Made by a program: the position numbers and the translations under genes. Below, piece by piece: positions 60,975 to 64,000 of a DNA stretch of 64,000 nt (positions within the stretch are counted from its first letter, which is position 1; each line of letters begins with the position of its first letter). Origin of the DNA: Zootoca vivipara (Eukaryota); NCBI RefSeq assembly GCF_963506605.1, contig NC_083277.1, forward strand, positions 62,496,001 to 62,560,000. Reading direction: 5' to 3'. The notes beneath the pieces were generated by a model, which was not told where the DNA came from, did no database searches, and worked only from the letters and a program-made list of their open reading frames with translations.

Positions 60975-63239
60975 GTGAGTTTTCATCCTTATGCTGCAGA
61001 ACAAAATCCATTCCGAAGACAACTAATCAACACCTGCTTTTCAGATGTTGTGGCACTACAGCTCCCATCATCGTTGACCATTGGCTATGCTGCCTAGTGC
61101 TGTTGGGAGCTGTATCGTGACATCATCTAGAAGGCATCACATTGGCTACACTTGGCCTAGCTTCAACTATATTTTCAGAATCAGTGAATCCATATGATCT
61201 ATGGAATAGCAAAAACACTGCATCAAGTTACCGTATGTTGGCATGGAAATACATGGAGATCTACATGATCAATGTGGGTCACAAATAAATAAGGCTTGGG
61301 TGATGGACATCCTGCGGACTGTTCATTCACAGGGGTGTGTAACACTAGCACCTGCCAAAAGATGGAGTTTTAAAAAATAAAATACTTAGGTCATACTGTG
61401 ACAATGCAGAATGTGCCTGCATTCATAACAGTCAAGCGACAGATTCTGGGAAATGTGCTGAGAAAACTGACCCGTAGGTCAGCCCAAAGGCATCTACCAT
61501 CTTGGTTACCTCAGCCATTGTGTTCACTGGTCCAATAAACCATGAACAAACCTTGCCTAGAGCTTGTGGTTTGTCTGTCGTGAGACAAACCACAAGCCTG
61601 CTTTGGGTTGGTATGCTAATCCAAACCTCAACTTAGCCCCAGATAACAAGACAAAAGCAGAACCAGGGGAGAAGCGCTGTGCTTGAGATTTCGGCTCTGG
61701 GAACCTACACATTTGCTAGTCTGTGCTCTGCCATGGCTTGGCTTAGCATTACATGTGAACTCGGTCTCTATCAGAGAAAGGTGTCTTGGACTCCATTAAT
61801 CATCTGCACCTGAAGAAACGGGAATAGCTAGGAAATCTCTGTAGAGCTACAGCAACACATCTGAAGTCACAACCTTGATCTCTATCTAGCCAAGATTTTC
61901 ATGACCCTGCTCACTGGTAGTCGGGTTTTATAAAGTTTTCATATTTCATTCCATGCTTCATAATTGCAGCTTATTTTGGGTGTAAGATTTCACAGGGGGG
62001 GAGAAAAGGACACAATCAGTTCCTCAGGTCTGATGGTCACAGAATGCATGGTCAAGATGGTTCTGCAGTGTTGGGTGTTGGCCTTCAGCTTCATTTGGTC
62101 CCTAACTTTAAGGCAAACGAGATCCTCTGTATCCTGGAAATAGAAAATGTGATCCTGTAAATAGAAAATGGTCTACAGTATTTACAATGCTGAAAAGTTC
62201 TGCTATAGGCAAGTGATAAAGTACTCATTCAAGAGCCTTTTTGTCTCCAGCATCTTTCTACGTCTATCTCTAACCACAAGCCTGTATGATGAGACAGCTT
62301 CTGTTTTGCAGGCATTGTCCTTGCCCTCGCTCAAGGTCTCCACAGTTGCTTCAGTGGCTGTGATGATTTCCTGTTTCCAGGGGCTCCACTATGGATGCCT
62401 TGTGCAACTAACAATCTCTCATTTAAGCATGCATGCAAACATGTTGAATAAATTGTAAACATATCACCAGCCCAACTTTTGGGCAGATGGGATGGGGTTA
62501 GATCAGGTCGGAACACAGAATGTGTGGTCAAGGTGGCTTAACTGTGTGTTGGCAGGATATTTTTATTTTCAAGTGGTCTCTAAGTTTAAGGCAAGAAGTG
62601 GCCTTTGCAACCAACAAAAAGAAATACTTTAATATCTTCTCCTCCAGACTGGATTAACGTGATAGCTAACAAATATGCCATTAGTCAAGTAAGTCCTGGA
62701 TTAATTTAAAACAAACAAACACAGACATTTAAGCACTGAACCCATGGATGGTTGATAGAGTTAGATAAATGTTTTCCTGGAATGCTATTTTCTGCTGCTT
62801 GTGAAAGGCAAGCTTATACTTTCCTATTTTGTACAAAATGAAAAACTTAAGAAGGTAAAAAGTTCAAAGACAAACAAATCTGGATCATCCCACAAGCTGT
62901 TTATTGTCTCAGGTTAATCCTAAAGTTGGTTCTAATGTCAGGGTGTAGAAAGAGAGTACTGTCTCAAAGAGATTTTGGGGATGTTTCTATGGGGATGAAT
63001 GGCGTCCCCATAGAAACTTGCAGAATGGGCCTTTTTTGCATTGTTAGCAAAAATAAAATATGTGTAAACTTTTTGAATGCAGTGGCTCTCTTTGCTATAA
63101 TGCGTATCGCTATCTAATAATTTCTGTGCCATTGTTAGGTGGAGTCAGTGTTTCATTGAAATGGACTTATGGTTACAGACAAAAAACATGGCGTGCCCTT
63201 GACTGTAAATGAGCTGATGGGTCTCTGGTTGGGTTTCAG

Positions 63240-63373
63240 TCATTCCTGAGTGCCTCGACACCGAGCTGAGTGAATTCCCCCTGCGTATGCGTGACTGGCT
63301 GAAGAATGTTCTGGTCACCCTGTATGAGCGGGATGAAGACAACAACCTCCTGACCGAGAAGCAGAAACTCAGG
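63240..63373 (+). CDS. SPARC: SPARC exon 7 ([45 protein letters not shown]), start of EC domain; gene continues beyond window
   Basis: tttcag| ... |gtgagc, 134 nt, with the conserved [13 protein letters not shown]. Confidence 0.97.
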
Positions 63374-64000
63374 GTGAGCTACAGTTCCACAACCACCCCC
63401 ATAGCTTACAATGGTACACAAATGTGGAGTCTTCCTACATTGTTATTTTTCATGGTTATGGATCTACCACCTCATCACACCAAGGCCAACGCATCATATC
63501 ACATCACACACTACTGAATATAGGCTGCCCACCCATTTAAAGAAAACACTCCCCCCCCCAACAAGTGCACCTAATATTTTTCAAGTTTATGTCTAAACAT
63601 AAAGCATATGAATATAGCAACTGTGTTTTAAAACATGTGTGTCTCACCAGCGCACCCATTAAAGCCAGGATTTACATCTGTAACAGATTCATACCCAGCA
63701 CTCACTTCTGGCAAGTCTAGTTTTTCTGCCACACAATGCATGGCATGACCTTAGCTGCTCAAATGTGGTGTGCAGCATGCCATTTGCAAAGCCTGTCCTG
63801 TGTCACCAGCCATTGTGTGTCTTGCATTACCTTCATATGCTGGAAACTTCTCTTGGACAGCATGTACATTTCTGCCAGTAATTCACTGCTCTGTGGCTCT
63901 TCTTTGGCCATCTCAGGATGAAATACAAGCTATTGCCCACTTTACCCCAGGAGAAAGGCTCTGATGGTAGCTTCAGACTATTATTTTTTTTTAATGCAAA

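Noticed and set aside
1-64000. CRISPR array, operon or other prokaryotic system
   Set aside because: This is vertebrate DNA, and the repeats are dispersed TEs or microsatellites, not repeat-spacer arrays.

Overview
Vertebrate genomic DNA, almost certainly a squamate and most likely a lacertid lizard, judged from its Sauria SINEs, young L2, Bov-B and tRNA-Lys/CR1-tail SINEs. Two spliced protein-coding genes lie in tandem on the + strand. (1) ATOX1 (copper chaperone) is complete: CpG-island promoter at ~5.25-5.85 kb; CDS exons 5495-5500, 9283-9358 and 11828-11952 give 68 aa with MTCEGC; a non-coding last exon probably lies at ~13.64-14.1 kb. (2) SPARC/osteonectin is present only as its 5' part: GGA-box promoter and non-coding exon 1 at ~43.15-43.4 kb, and coding exons 2-7 at 54940-63373; it continues past the window end. 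Everything else is intronic or intergenic and dense with transposable elements: hAT MITEs with resolvable 8-bp TSDs, Tigger-like MITEs, L2, CR1, Bov-B, SINEs, a solo LTR and a non-autonomous Helitron, often nested. There is one 145-N gap. Almost all ORFs in the supplied track are spurious. I found no evidence of a new gene system. The most notable items are the TE structures (Helitron inside L2, Bov-B inside a hAT TIR, a palindromic NRF1/bZIP-motif array ~4 kb upstream of SPARC) and some splice-site oddities.
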